Assembly: GCF_003334305.1 (NCBI RefSeq)
Contig: NZ_QOWS01000017.1
DNA from: Escherichia coli
GTDB lineage: Bacteria; Pseudomonadota; Gammaproteobacteria; Enterobacterales; Enterobacteriaceae
Strand: one strand, 5' to 3'
Length of the DNA stretch: 64,000 bases
How positions within the stretch are numbered: the stretch's first letter is position 1; every line of letters begins with the position of its first letter. Positions 26,398-35,967 of the stretch are shown here, one piece after another. The notes below the pieces were generated by a model. The model saw nothing but the letters and a program-made list of their open reading frames with translations. It was not told the DNA's origin and did not search any database. Position numbers and translations under genes: made by a program.

Positions 26398-28016
26398 TAG
26401 ATTTTACCCATGAGCAAAAAGCAGCAATAGATTACCCATCTAGTATGGTATTGACGGCTTGTCCTGGAAGTGGGAAAACAGCAGTAATCGTAGAGAAGAT
26501 TGTCCGTGACTTGGTGGAATGCAAGGAATATCAGGGTGTTATTGCCATATCGTATACTAACAAAGCAAGCGATGAACTGAAAAAGAGATGTTTAAAGGCT
26601 ACTCCAAATTCAAAATCAAGCTTTTTTGGGACAATAGATAAATTTTATTTGACTGAAGTTATTTTACCATTCATTAAGCAATTATGGGGAAGAGTTGATG
26701 ACTTACATGTAGTTAAGCTTAATGAGTTAGCTTCTTCTGAAAAAGATAGGCTTTCTGCTTTTTTTAATGTCGAATTCATTTGTGAAAAAATTAATGAGTA
26801 TGATTTTAAGGATATAAAGGAACTATACGCCAATGGTATTCTAATACTGGAGTTTATACCATTGCTTGCATTTTATATATTGCGTAACTCGTTAGCATGT
26901 CGCCGATATATCGCTAAAAAATACACATCTATATATATTGATGAGTATCAAGATGCTGGATGTGTTCAGCATCTTCTTTTTCTTTATCTTTTCGAACTTG
27001 GAGTAAAAGCGGTTGCAGTTGGTGATGCTGACCAATCCATATATTCATATGCGGGTAAAAGTTCGAAATACTTAATGTCTTTACTGGATGAAAAAAGTGG
27101 CTTTGCCCCTTTTAAAATAACTATAAATCATCGTTCTCATTCATCTATAGTTAATTATGCTTCTCGATTGTTGAATGAAAACTGTGACTTGTTAATAACA
27201 GATGAAATTCGTGTCTACAGAAAAACTGTTAATGGTACTCAATGTGAAATAGCTAAGTGGATTGATGCTAATATTAACAATATTAAACGAAAGTTCAATA
27301 TTTCAAAAGAAAAAGAGATAGCGATACTTACTGCAACGAATAGTTCTGTCGCTTTAGTATCCGGCCTTATAAACTCCAAAGCAAGAGCATATCTTGATGA
27401 TGAGCTGTCTGTACTCGGTGGAGATGTGTCTCTCTTATTAAAGAACCTTTTGAATTATCGATTTAATAAAACGATTACAGCACAGGCTATCATTGAAAGT
27501 TTAAATTACAAGGTGCTAGAGAGGAATGCAATAAGAAAGATGAGGGGGGTTATTAGAGATGTGAGAGATTCTAATGACAACCAACTTATTCCTGATTTAC
27601 GTAAGGCAGTAAAATTATTAATCAACGCTGATATTTCTGCTAACCATATTGATGCCATTAACTCAATCTTACACAATAAAATGATGCTAAATAATTATTT
27701 ACCAGTTAGTGATGATGAGTTACAAATAATGACTTTACATAAAGCAAAAGGACTAGAGTTCGACTTTGTTTTTCATTTGGATCTTTATGATTGGATATTA
27801 CCGCGAAGGGAATATATAAAACATTGTTTTGATGAGGTTTTTTCACATTATGAGCAATGTCTGAATCTTCATTATGTTGGAGTTACTAGGGCCAAAAAAG
27901 CCGTGGTATTAATAAATTCTACTGAGCGTTTAAATTATCAGAGTGAATTAAAAAAAGCGAAACCATCTCAGTTCTTGTCACTAAAAGGACTTGAAAGTCT
28001 GTATAAAAAAATTTAA
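26394..28016 (+). CDS. gajB: Gabija GajB-like protein: UvrD/Rep-like SF1 helicase
   Basis: 540 aa; helicase motifs I CPGSGKT, Ia ISYTNKAS, II IDEYQDAG, V/VI …TLHKAKGLEFDFVFHL…; start overlaps the gajA stop. Confidence 0.75.
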   Translation: MIDFTHEQKAAIDYPSSMVLTACPGSGKTAVIVEKIVRDLVECKEYQGVIAISYTNKASDELKKRCLKATPNSKSSFFGTIDKFYLTEVILPFIKQLWGRVDDLHVVKLNELASSEKDRLSAFFNVEFICEKINEYDFKDIKELYANGILILEFIPLLAFYILRNSLACRRYIAKKYTSIYIDEYQDAGCVQHLLFLYLFELGVKAVAVGDADQSIYSYAGKSSKYLMSLLDEKSGFAPFKITINHRSHSSIVNYASRLLNENCDLLITDEIRVYRKTVNGTQCEIAKWIDANINNIKRKFNISKEKEIAILTATNSSVALVSGLINSKARAYLDDELSVLGGDVSLLLKNLLNYRFNKTITAQAIIESLNYKVLERNAIRKMRGVIRDVRDSNDNQLIPDLRKAVKLLINADISANHIDAINSILHNKMMLNNYLPVSDDELQIMTLHKAKGLEFDFVFHLDLYDWILPRREYIKHCFDEVFSHYEQCLNLHYVGVTRAKKAVVLINSTERLNYQSELKKAKPSQFLSLKGLESLYKKI

Positions 28017-28036
28017 TTACGTATCTTGGCGCGCAG

Positions 28037-28055
28037 TGCTCTCCCCGCCTCGCCC
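28037..28055 (-). other. P2/P4-type cos site (19-nt cohesive-end sequence)
   Basis: Reverse complement ggcgaggcggggagagcac differs at one position from the P2/P4 cos sequence as I recall it (GGCGAGGCGGGGAAAGCAC). Confidence 0.6.
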
Positions 28056-28219
28056 GCCCGCTTTGCGGGGCGGTTTTAATGCAGTTGCACTGACACGCTC
28101 AGACCGCGCCGGGAATGGCGCGGTCTGCAGAAAATGAGTCAGGAAAACGCATGCAAAGCCATGCACCTTATCGATGCATGGCTTTTTTCAGTAAAAACAG
28201 GCGGATTTTTCGGGGAGTT

Positions 28220-28792
28220 TTACACAGACTGACGTGATGCCAGTTCTGCACTTTTACGCGAAAAAATCATGTTCTGCGCAGGGGTGAATTTTTCACGGCT
28301 GTCATCCACCGAAGCCGCGTCAGGCCTGAATCCGATGGTCGTTAAAATGTCGCTATCCTGTGCGGAATAATTAATTTTTTCCCCCTTCGCAAGCCAGGAC
28401 AGAAGGGCTTCACGCAGGGCATCTGTGGCACGCTGTATGGCACAGTTTCGGGCAATGGCCGTCAGCTCACTGTAGCCCATCAGCTCCGGTGCCAGTGCGG
28501 CCGCCAGTGCTGTGCCGTGCTGCTGCATAAAATCATTCAGCCGCTCGCGGATGCTGATGTGCTGAACGGCTTCATGCGAACGAACATAACGACCGGCGGC
28601 CTGATTCACCTGCCATTTTCTGACTTCGATAATATTGCGTAATTCGTCCAGGCGACTGACGTTTCTGCCTTCCCCGGACAGAAGCCGCAGATATTCCTGT
28701 TCGGCTGCCGCCAGTTCATTTTTGCGCTGAAGCCATGCCGCTTTGTTATTCTGGCAGACCTCAAAAGCCTGCTGTAATGACATTGTGGTCAC
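28220..28792 (-). CDS. psu: P4 Psu (polarity suppression / capsid decoration protein)
   Basis: 190-aa ORF; …LQQAF..CQNNKAAWLQRKNELAAAEQEYLRLL… matches P4 Psu as I recall it. Confidence 0.85.
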   Translation of the reverse strand: MTTMSLQQAFEVCQNNKAAWLQRKNELAAAEQEYLRLLSGEGRNVSRLDELRNIIEVRKWQVNQAAGRYVRSHEAVQHISIRERLNDFMQQHGTALAAALAPELMGYSELTAIARNCAIQRATDALREALLSWLAKGEKINYSAQDSDILTTIGFRPDAASVDDSREKFTPAQNMIFSRKSAELASRQSV

Positions 28793-28806
28793 ACCCCGTC
28801 TCCTGA

Positions 28807-29052
28807 TTAATGGTTGAATGGTGAGCTGTAACAGCCTTTAACTTTTCGGACAACAGCCGGTGCTGTGCTTGCCGGTGCTGGTTTTTCCTCCGTGACCGGA
28901 GAACGAATCACGGCACAAATTGACTCATGCGTTTTAAATGTCGCCGAACAGTAAATATTCTGGCACTGCAGATAACTTTCTTTGACATTGTCACTCACAT
29001 ACCGGCTGGTGCGGGTATGCGCTGAATGACGACAGAAAGGGCAGCGCATCAT
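28807..29052 (-). CDS. Ogr/Delta-family zinc-finger late-gene activator
   Basis: 81-aa ORF with C-x2-C…C-x4-C pattern (MMRCPFCRHSAHTRTSRY…CQNIYCSATF) like P2 Ogr / P4 Delta. Confidence 0.85.
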   Translation of the reverse strand: MMRCPFCRHSAHTRTSRYVSDNVKESYLQCQNIYCSATFKTHESICAVIRSPVTEEKPAPASTAPAVVRKVKGCYSSPFNH

Positions 29053-29783
29053 GACAGCAGTCCTCTGGCCTTAAGCACTGCTCCCTGCTGGTCTATTTTG
29101 TCCTGCCACACCTTGCGCTGTGCCGGTGTGCCTGCCACCTCATAATCCATGTGCGGGAGTGTTGCCGCTGACAGTCCGGTCAGCCGGAGAACCGGCTCGC
29201 CGGTGAGGCTGATTTGCATCTGTTTTATTTTCTGTTCCAGCGATGATTTCACCTGCTGCATGACAGCTTTATCGGGTGCGACGTAGCCCTGATGGCCGGT
29301 GGTGTTGGCGAGCGGATTTTCCTGTACCAGGATACTCAGATGCATTGCCCGGACAAGCGCCTCACAGGTTTCATTCAGGGCGTGTTCCAGCTCATGCTCT
29401 GCATACAGACTCAGAAGGTGATGATGTGCCTTCCGGTAGGCGGTGGCCGTGCTGTCACACGCCCCTTTCAGGCGTTCACGTTCAAAATTCAGCACCACGG
29501 CCAGATTGTCATATTCCTGTACCAGCTCCCGGCGTGCCACGCGCTCAATGTGGCGCTGTTTCAGCTCATCGCTCAGGACACCACCGGCTGCACGAAAGGC
29601 CGTGCGCCAGTCGTCAGCGTCGTTTCCGTCGGCCTGCGCCAGCGCATTTTTTTCCTGCTCTGCCCGTTCAATGGCCGTAACGGTCTCATCCATCAGGCGG
29701 GCGTTCTCAAGATGGGCGGCTCTGGACTTTTCCAGTTGTGCCAGTGCGGGTTGCAGATATTCAGGGATAGTGTGGTCAGACAT
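29049..29783 (-). CDS. sid: P4 Sid (capsid size-determination external scaffold)
   Basis: ORF 29049-29849; start placed at MSDHTIPEYL... (244 aa); coiled-coil-rich. Confidence 0.8.
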   Translation of the reverse strand: MSDHTIPEYLQPALAQLEKSRAAHLENARLMDETVTAIERAEQEKNALAQADGNDADDWRTAFRAAGGVLSDELKQRHIERVARRELVQEYDNLAVVLNFERERLKGACDSTATAYRKAHHHLLSLYAEHELEHALNETCEALVRAMHLSILVQENPLANTTGHQGYVAPDKAVMQQVKSSLEQKIKQMQISLTGEPVLRLTGLSAATLPHMDYEVAGTPAQRKVWQDKIDQQGAVLKARGLLS

Positions 29784-29817
29784 TTTCCGGCTCCTCGTCA
29801 CTTCAGGTTGAGAAAAT

Positions 29818-29873
29818 TGTGACGTACACCGGACAACAACACGACGCATTGCAGATGTGCCAGCCCTGACACA
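29818..29873. promoter_or_regulatory. two TGT-N12-ACA Ogr/Delta-type activator sites in the divergent late-promoter region upstream of sid
   Basis: TGTgacgtacaccggACA (29818-29835) and TGTgccagccctgacACA (29856-29873). Confidence 0.55.
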
Positions 29874-29951
29874 GGAGACTCATCCTCAGACCGGCAAGCC
29901 AGGAAAAGGTCGCAGGAAAAACCGGCTTACTGTTTGTTTTTTTATATTTTA

Positions 29952-30057
29952 CTGTTCACCTCTGTTCACCATAAGAAAAAAGATAAGTAATACAGTAAGT
30001 TAAAGGGTGAACAATCGCAGTAATGACTGTTCACCGTCTGTTCACCACTGTTCACCC
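29952..30057. repeat. P4 ori-like iteron cluster (TGTTCACC repeats, both orientations)
   Basis: At least six copies of tgttcacc or its complement within about 110 bp. Confidence 0.7.
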
Positions 30058-30335
30058 GTTGATGGGCTTTTTGTGCTGTTTATTACTGTTTGTTTTTATT
30101 AATTCGCCGGGAATGAATAAGAAAAAACGATTTGTATTTCACTATAAAAATTACGAATTGCTTTAAGTGGCTTTAAATGACTTTAAGTGGAGATGAACAA
30201 AAAACACACAAGCATTGTAAGGCTGCCGGAACAAATCCCCCCTGTTGCGTCTGCTGAAAATATTCACAAAATAAAACGCTACCCGAAGCCGGACGGACTT
30301 ATCCGGTGCTGTATGGACATTAACGAGGTAGCCCG

Positions 30336-30602
30336 ATGCAAGCTGTTTTTTCTTCCCCGTCTCCTGCCCCTGTGACGCCACTGATGCCGCTGCCGGACAT
30401 CACACAGGAGCGTTTTTTACGTCTGCCGGAAGTGATGCACCTGTGCGGCCTGTCACGCTCGACCATCTATGAACTTATCCGTAAGGGGGAATTTCCGCCG
30501 CAGGTGAGTCTTGGCGGTAAAAATGTGGCCTGGCTGCACTCTGAAGTCACCGCATGGATGGCCGGGCGCATTGCCGGACGCAAACGGGGGTACGACGCAT
30601 GA
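30336..30602 (+). CDS. AlpA/Vis-family small DNA-binding regulator
   Basis: 88-aa ORF; …[34 protein letters not shown]… is the AlpA-type HTH. Confidence 0.65.
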   Translation: MQAVFSSPSPAPVTPLMPLPDITQERFLRLPEVMHLCGLSRSTIYELIRKGEFPPQVSLGGKNVAWLHSEVTAWMAGRIAGRKRGYDA

Positions 30603-30991
30603 TGATGCCCGCTCTGCAAAAAGTCCCTTTTTCTGGCTTGCCTTTTTCCGGCATTTGCGGATATAGTTTTTCCGTTGCCGCAAAATCGGCAGCCGGGCGT
30701 GAGAACCCGTGTAACTCGAAGGCGACATATGACGCGCCATGCGTCTTTTTTTGTGTCGCAATCAACGCCACAGAGCGCCAGATTATGGTGTGGCGTGTGG
30801 TTTGCCGTGCAGGTATGATCCTGTTCGCAATCGCATGTTATGCCACTGAGTCAATGGTAGCTCAGGCGGGGCAGCCTCCGGGCTGGCCGGTATTCTTCGA
30901 GGCCGGTATTCTCACCCCCGTCTGGGCTATCGCCATCGAGCGTGAGAACTCCGGCGATAGCAGTTATTTGCTACTCGAAGGAGGCTGCCTT

Positions 30992-31189
30992 ATGGCTACA
31001 ACCCTTACCCCCTCACACCCTGAATTTGTCTTTGTGTTTGCGGCTGTCCGTCGCGCAGACCGTCATCCCCGTATCTGCATGCTTCGCACCGTCGCCGGTG
31101 ATGAACGCAGCGCCCGCCGTTCCCTTGTCCGTGACTATGTGCTCTCCCTTGCTGCCCGTCTGCCGGTGGTGGAGGTGTCCCGTGCGTAA
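30992..31189 (+). CDS. small hypothetical protein of the satellite early operon
   Basis: 65 codons from an ATG with a strong upstream aaggagg RBS, inside the longer ORF 30554-31189. Confidence 0.35.
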   Translation: MATTLTPSHPEFVFVFAAVRRADRHPRICMLRTVAGDERSARRSLVRDYVLSLAARLPVVEVSRA

Positions 31190-31469
31190 TAAAAAAGCCC
31201 CTCAGACCGTCTCAGCACGTCATGACGCCCGTGAACACCTCAGCATTGAGGCTTACCATAAGCTCAACCGCGCCAGCTCCGTATCCCAGTTTGTTGGGGG
31301 TGATTTGATTCACCGTGAACTCTCCGGCCTGCATCAGCTCTACATTCCGCATATTTTCAGCTACCTGAATGAAGATATTGATTTTGTGCTGAATGAGCTG
31401 AAAGCCAAAGGCCTGTGCCGCGATTTTCTCGCCCAGCAGAAAGACCGGGGAGACAGGACGCATGTTTGA
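31182..31469 (+). CDS. small early-operon protein, 95 aa from a GTG start (possible P4 epsilon-like anti-repressor)
   Basis: Tail of ORF 30942-31469; GTG preceded by ggagg; the size matches my recollection of P4 epsilon, but the assignment is not verified. Confidence 0.3.
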   Translation: MRNKKAPQTVSARHDAREHLSIEAYHKLNRASSVSQFVGGDLIHRELSGLHQLYIPHIFSYLNEDIDFVLNELKAKGLCRDFLAQQKDRGDRTHV

Positions 31470-31917
31470 TTTTCCCCAGCCCGGTGAGATTTACCGTTCT
31501 GCCGGTTTTCCCGATGTGGCCGTGGTCGGCATTCTGGAAGACGGTATTCCGTGGGAAATGCCGTACCGCTGCCCGGACATTGTCTGGAACCCGTACCGCC
31601 GTAAATTCAGTATCCTTGTGCGTATCCTCGCTGACGGACGCACCACAGACATCCCGCTGGGGCGTTTTCTGCGGGAATTTACCTGTGACCGTCCTGACCT
31701 GTTTAAACGCAGCCCCGTAAACCGGCATGCGGTACTGAAAGAAATGGCCGGAGACCCGGAATTACAGAAATGGCGGGAAAAATATCTGGATATTTACCCG
31801 CAGGCCCCTGTTCCGGTCAGCCGGGCGGCACCGGTGGCGCGGGAATGGCGGGAAATTCCCCGCACGGAGCCTGACCCGGAAATCACCCCGGATAACAGTT
31901 ACCGCAATTATCTGTAA
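31462..31917 (+). CDS. P4 orf151-like hypothetical protein
   Basis: 151-aa ORF in the position and of the size of P4 orf151, upstream of alpha. Confidence 0.5.
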   Translation: MFDFPQPGEIYRSAGFPDVAVVGILEDGIPWEMPYRCPDIVWNPYRRKFSILVRILADGRTTDIPLGRFLREFTCDRPDLFKRSPVNRHAVLKEMAGDPELQKWREKYLDIYPQAPVPVSRAAPVAREWREIPRTEPDPEITPDNSYRNYL

Positions 31918-32052
31918 TTAAAAAACGACACCCGAAAAATTAAATGTGCGTATTCGCGCAGGGATACGCACGTCTTCAGGAGACGCAGATATGCCTTATC
32001 AGTTAATGCAACCGGCACGGAATGCAGTCATCTGTCACAGGGAGGAAAGCAA

Positions 32053-32373
32053 ATGAAAACCCCCTTACCGCCCGTCTTACGCGCAGCCCTTTACCGTCGC
32101 GCTGTCGCCTGTGCCTGGCTGACCGTGTGCGAACGTCAGCACCGCTACCCGCATCTCACCCTTGAATCACTGGAGGCGGCCATCGCCGCTGAGCTGGAAG
32201 GCTTTTATCTGCGCCAGCACGGTGAGGAAAAAGGGCGTCAGATAGCCTGTGCCCTGCTGGAAGATTTAATGGAATCCGGCCCCCTGAAGGCCGCGCCGTC
32301 GCTGTCCTTTCTCGGGCTGGTTGTGATGGATGAACTCTGTGCCCGTCACATAAAAGCGCCGGTACTGCACTGA
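32053..32373 (+). CDS. P4 orf106-like hypothetical protein
   Basis: 106-aa ORF immediately upstream of alpha. Confidence 0.5.
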
Positions 32374-32387
32374 AGGAGAACAACACC

Positions 32388-34721
32388 ATGAAAATGAACG
32401 TAACCGCCACCGTCAGCCATGCACTCGGCCACTGGCCGCGTATTCTCCCGGCGCTGGGGATTCAGGTGCTGAAAAACCGTCATCAGCCCTGTCCGGTCTG
32501 TGGCGGGAGTGACCGCTTCCGTTTTGATGACAGGGAGGGGCGCGGCACCTGGTACTGCAATCAGTGTGGTGCCGGTGACGGCCTGAAACTGGTTGAAAAG
32601 GTGTTTGGTGTTTCCCCGTCCGACGCGGCCGCAAAGGTGGCTGCCGTGACCGGCAGCCTGCCACCGGCTGACCCGGCAGTGACGGCCGCCGCCGTTGCTG
32701 AAACAGACGCTGCCCGGAAGAACGCCGCCACACTGGCACAAACCCTGATGGCGAAAACCCGTACCGGAACCGGTAACGCCTACCTGACCCGCAAGGGCTT
32801 TCCCGGCCGGGAATGCCGGATGCTGACCGGCACACACAGAGCCGGTGGCGTGAGCTGGCGCGCCGGTGACCTTGTGGTGCCACTGTATGACGACAGCGGC
32901 GAACTGGTTAACCTTCAGTTAATCAGTGCTGACGGCCGTAAGCGCACCCTGAAAGGCGGACAGGTCAGGGGCACCTGTCACACCCTTGAAGGACAGAATC
33001 AGGCCGGAAAACGTCTGTGGATAGCGGAGGGATACGCGACCGCACTTACCGTACATCACCTGACCGGTGAAACGGTGATGGTGGCGCTTTCTTCCGTGAA
33101 CCTCCTTTCTCTGGCCAGCCTTGCCCGGCAGAAGCATCCGGCCTGTCAGATTGTCCTTGCCGCAGACCGTGACCTCAGCGGTGACGGCCAGAAAAAAGCC
33201 GCCGCAGCCGCAGATGCGTGTGAGGGCGTTGTTGCCCTGCCGCCGGTCTTCGGTGACTGGAATGATGCCTTCACGCAGTACGGCGGGGAGGCCACCCGTA
33301 AGGCCATTTACGATGCCATCCGGCCACCGGCTGAAAGCCCGTTCGACACCATGAGCGAAGCAGAGTTTTCCGCCATGAGTACCAGCGAAAAGGCCATGCG
33401 TATCTATGAGCATTACGGTGAGGCGCTCGCGGTCGATGCCAACGGCCAGCTTCTGTCTCGCTATGAAAATGGTGTCTGGAAGGTGCTGCCGCCACAGGAC
33501 TTTGCCCGGGATGTGGCCGGGCTGTTTCAGCGTCTGCGCGCGCCGTTCTCCTCCGGGAAGGTGGCCTCCGTGGTGGACACCCTGAAGCTGATTATTCCGC
33601 AGCAGGAAGCCCCCTCCCGCCGCCTGATTGGCTTTCGTAACGGTGTGCTCGACACACAGAACGGCACGTTCCACCCGCACAGTCCGTCACACTGGATGCG
33701 CACCCTGTGCGATGTGGATTTCACCCCGCCGGTGGACGGTGAAACGCTGGAGACCCACGCCCCCGCGTTCTGGCGCTGGCTTGACCGTGCCGCCGGTGGC
33801 CGTGCGGAAAAACGCGACGTGATTCTGGCCGCACTGTTTATGGTGCTGGCAAACCGCTATGACTGGCAGCTCTTTCTGGAGGTGACCGGTCCCGGCGGCA
33901 GCGGCAAAAGTATCATGGCCGAAATAGCCACCCTGCTGGCCGGGGAGGATAACGCCACGTCGGCCACCATTGAGACGCTGGAATCCCCGCGTGAACGTGC
34001 CGCGTTAACTGGCTTCTCACTGATACGCCTGCCGGACCAGGAAAAATGGAGCGGCGACGGTGCCGGACTCAAGGCCATCACCGGCGGCGATGCGGTGTCC
34101 GTTGACCCGAAATACCGGGATGCATACTCCACGCATATCCCGGCGGTGATTCTGGCCGTGAACAATAACCCGATGCGCTTCACCGACCGCAGCGGCGGCG
34201 TGTCACGCCGGCGGGTGATTATTCACTTCCCGGAACAGATAGCCCCGCAGGAGCGCGACCCGCAGCTTAAGGACAAAATCACCCGCGAGCTGGCGGTCAT
34301 CGTGCGTCACCTGATGCAGAAGTTCAGCGACCCGATGCTCGCCCGGTCACTGCTTCAGTCCCAGCAGAACTCAGACGAGGCGCTGAACATCAAACGGGAT
34401 GCCGACCCGACGTTTGATTTTATCGGCTATCTGGAAACCCTGCCGCAGACCAGCGGCATGTATATGGGGAACGCCAGTATCATCCCGCGTAATTACCGTA
34501 AATACCTCTATCACGCCTATCTGGCCTACATGGAGGCAAACGGCTACCGGAATGTACTCAGTCTGAAAATGTTCGGGCTGGGGCTGCCGGTGATGCTGAA
34601 GGAATACGGACTGAATTACGAGAAGCGCCATACCAAACAGGGGATACAGACCAACCTGACGCTGAAAGAGGAAAGCTACGGCGACTGGCTGCCAAAATGT
34701 GACGACCCTGCAACAACCTGA
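32388..34721 (+). CDS. P4 alpha primase-helicase (zinc-finger primase, P-loop helicase, C-terminal iteron-binding domain)
   Basis: 777-aa ORF; N-terminal CPVCGG…CNQCG zinc motif; Walker A GPGGSGKS in the central region. Confidence 0.9.
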   Translation: MKMNVTATVSHALGHWPRILPALGIQVLKNRHQPCPVCGGSDRFRFDDREGRGTWYCNQCGAGDGLKLVEKVFGVSPSDAAAKVAAVTGSLPPADPAVTAAAVAETDAARKNAATLAQTLMAKTRTGTGNAYLTRKGFPGRECRMLTGTHRAGGVSWRAGDLVVPLYDDSGELVNLQLISADGRKRTLKGGQVRGTCHTLEGQNQAGKRLWIAEGYATALTVHHLTGETVMVALSSVNLLSLASLARQKHPACQIVLAADRDLSGDGQKKAAAAADACEGVVALPPVFGDWNDAFTQYGGEATRKAIYDAIRPPAESPFDTMSEAEFSAMSTSEKAMRIYEHYGEALAVDANGQLLSRYENGVWKVLPPQDFARDVAGLFQRLRAPFSSGKVASVVDTLKLIIPQQEAPSRRLIGFRNGVLDTQNGTFHPHSPSHWMRTLCDVDFTPPVDGETLETHAPAFWRWLDRAAGGRAEKRDVILAALFMVLANRYDWQLFLEVTGPGGSGKSIMAEIATLLAGEDNATSATIETLESPRERAALTGFSLIRLPDQEKWSGDGAGLKAITGGDAVSVDPKYRDAYSTHIPAVILAVNNNPMRFTDRSGGVSRRRVIIHFPEQIAPQERDPQLKDKITRELAVIVRHLMQKFSDPMLARSLLQSQQNSDEALNIKRDADPTFDFIGYLETLPQTSGMYMGNASIIPRNYRKYLYHAYLAYMEANGYRNVLSLKMFGLGLPVMLKEYGLNYEKRHTKQGIQTNLTLKEESYGDWLPKCDDPATT

Positions 34722-34765
34722 CCCACCTGACCGGCATCTGCCGGTCTTTTTTTATCCCTGAATTC

Positions 34766-35070
34766 CCCGAAGGTGAACAATCCACTGTTCACCCTTCACC
34801 GTATATTCACCCGTTATCACACTGAAATTAAAAGAGAAAAACGAAAGGTGAACAGTGTGAACAATCAAATCAAAAAAAACTTTTTTCTTCCTGAGTGATT
34901 TCAGCACGGGAAATTAATCCCCTGCACAAGTCACACCGGCAGAATGCCGGAGGTGAAGAATCGAATGTTCACCCTTCACCCATTATTCACCACCTATCCA
35001 ACTGAAATAAAAGGAGAAAACAGAAAGGTGAACAGTGTGAACAGTTCTTTCGAAAAAAAATTTTTTTCTT
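34766..35070. repeat. P4 crr-like region: two tandem repeats of about 120-125 bp, each carrying TGTTCACC-type iterons
   Basis: Near-identical units beginning ccgaaggtgaacaatccactgttcaccc… and ccggaggtgaagaatcgaatgttcaccc…. Confidence 0.7.
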
Positions 35071-35185
35071 ATTTTTAATTGTGCGAAAAACAAGCGACAC
35101 ACGCAGTGTGTATAGATATGTGTATAGTTATATTTTTTGAATATTATAATGTATTACAAATCAATGTGTTAGCTTGTAATATTCA

Positions 35186-35205
35186 CTCCTATTATCGGCA
35201 CCATC
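35186..35205. repeat. att core, copy 2 (attR of the P4-like satellite and left boundary of element 2)
   Basis: Exact 20-bp copy of the thrW 3' end. Confidence 0.8.
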
Positions 35206-35808
35206 AAGAAAATCAATAACTTAGCTTAACTTCTCTAAGAAATTGTATCTTCTGTTATCACTTACAAACGCCTATACGTTGTTATGGGCTTTGGTAGTGT
35301 AACACGTATGGGCGAGTAGTTCCCAGGCTCAACCTCGTAACAAGTTCCTTTGAAGCTGGAAGACGTGCCACCGTCTCTAAACCTTCTACCAAAACTCTTA
35401 GCAAGATGTTCCACACCTGGCGCGGTGTCCAATGATGCTACACGTCGTGAGACGTTGCAGAGGATAAACAGGCTAAATGATGGGAAGAGTTTTAAGTGCA
35501 ATAGTGGATTAAAGCCCACCTCTTCAAAACCTAACTTGATCGGGAAAGAATCAAGCTCTAGCACGGTTTCGTCCACCGGAGTACAACGGGTGCCTGATAA
35601 GAGAAGAACTGCTAAGACTTCATAGCTTTTGTGAAAAAGCCCTTTTTAGTGGATACGCCTACGGCGCTTATTTTTTGGTATAACCATCAAAGGCGCTTTA
35701 TGGCTCCTATTGTCTTGAAAATGTATCTTTACTTGTATTGTGTTTTATGCGTAGTCTCCCTGTGTAGTATGTAACTTGTTAATTTTCATATGAATACAGA
35801 GGCACACG

Positions 35809-35967
35809 ATGAAAAACATTGCAGCTATCAAACGGAATAACCGCAAGATTCACGCTCGTAAGTTCCTGTCTACGCCAGAAGGAAAAGCCTGGCTAGAGCG
35901 TAAACAGAGAGAAAACGAAGAAAGAAAACTCCTTAGTGAGTTGAAATGGCTTAGAGAGGATTTCTGA
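35809..35967 (+). CDS. small basic hypothetical protein (52 aa), below the ORF-track size cutoff
   Basis: ATG preceded by an agagg RBS; translation MKNIAAIKRNNRKIHARKFL…. Confidence 0.3.
   Translation: MKNIAAIKRNNRKIHARKFLSTPEGKAWLERKQRENEERKLLSELKWLREDF

Larger units (their letters stand above)
23361..35205. mobile_element. P4-like phage satellite integrated at thrW (int - defence hotspot - cos - psu/delta/sid - ori - early operon - alpha - crr)
   Basis: Gene order and identities typical of P4; bounded by direct repeats of the tRNA 3' end. Confidence 0.85.

Noticed and set aside
29276-29822. Plus-strand ORFs of 122-176 aa overlapping sid
   Set aside because: Antisense to the P4 sid gene; Arg/Ser/Pro-rich translations typical of wrong-frame reading.
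30187-30375. 62-aa ORF between sid and the AlpA-like gene (considered as P4 kil)
   Set aside because: No RBS or motif I can support; this region in P4 also encodes the cI immunity RNA, so a protein call is not justified from sequence alone.
32346-34785. Minus-strand ORFs overlapping the alpha primase gene (for example 32919-33680, 253 aa)
   Set aside because: Antisense to a 777-aa gene with clear primase/helicase motifs; low-complexity R/G/P-rich translations.
35262-35625. Two overlapping opposite-strand ORFs (104 aa and 91 aa) just inside attR
   Set aside because: Cannot both be real and neither has an RBS or recognisable motif; left uncalled and possibly a non-coding att-proximal region.
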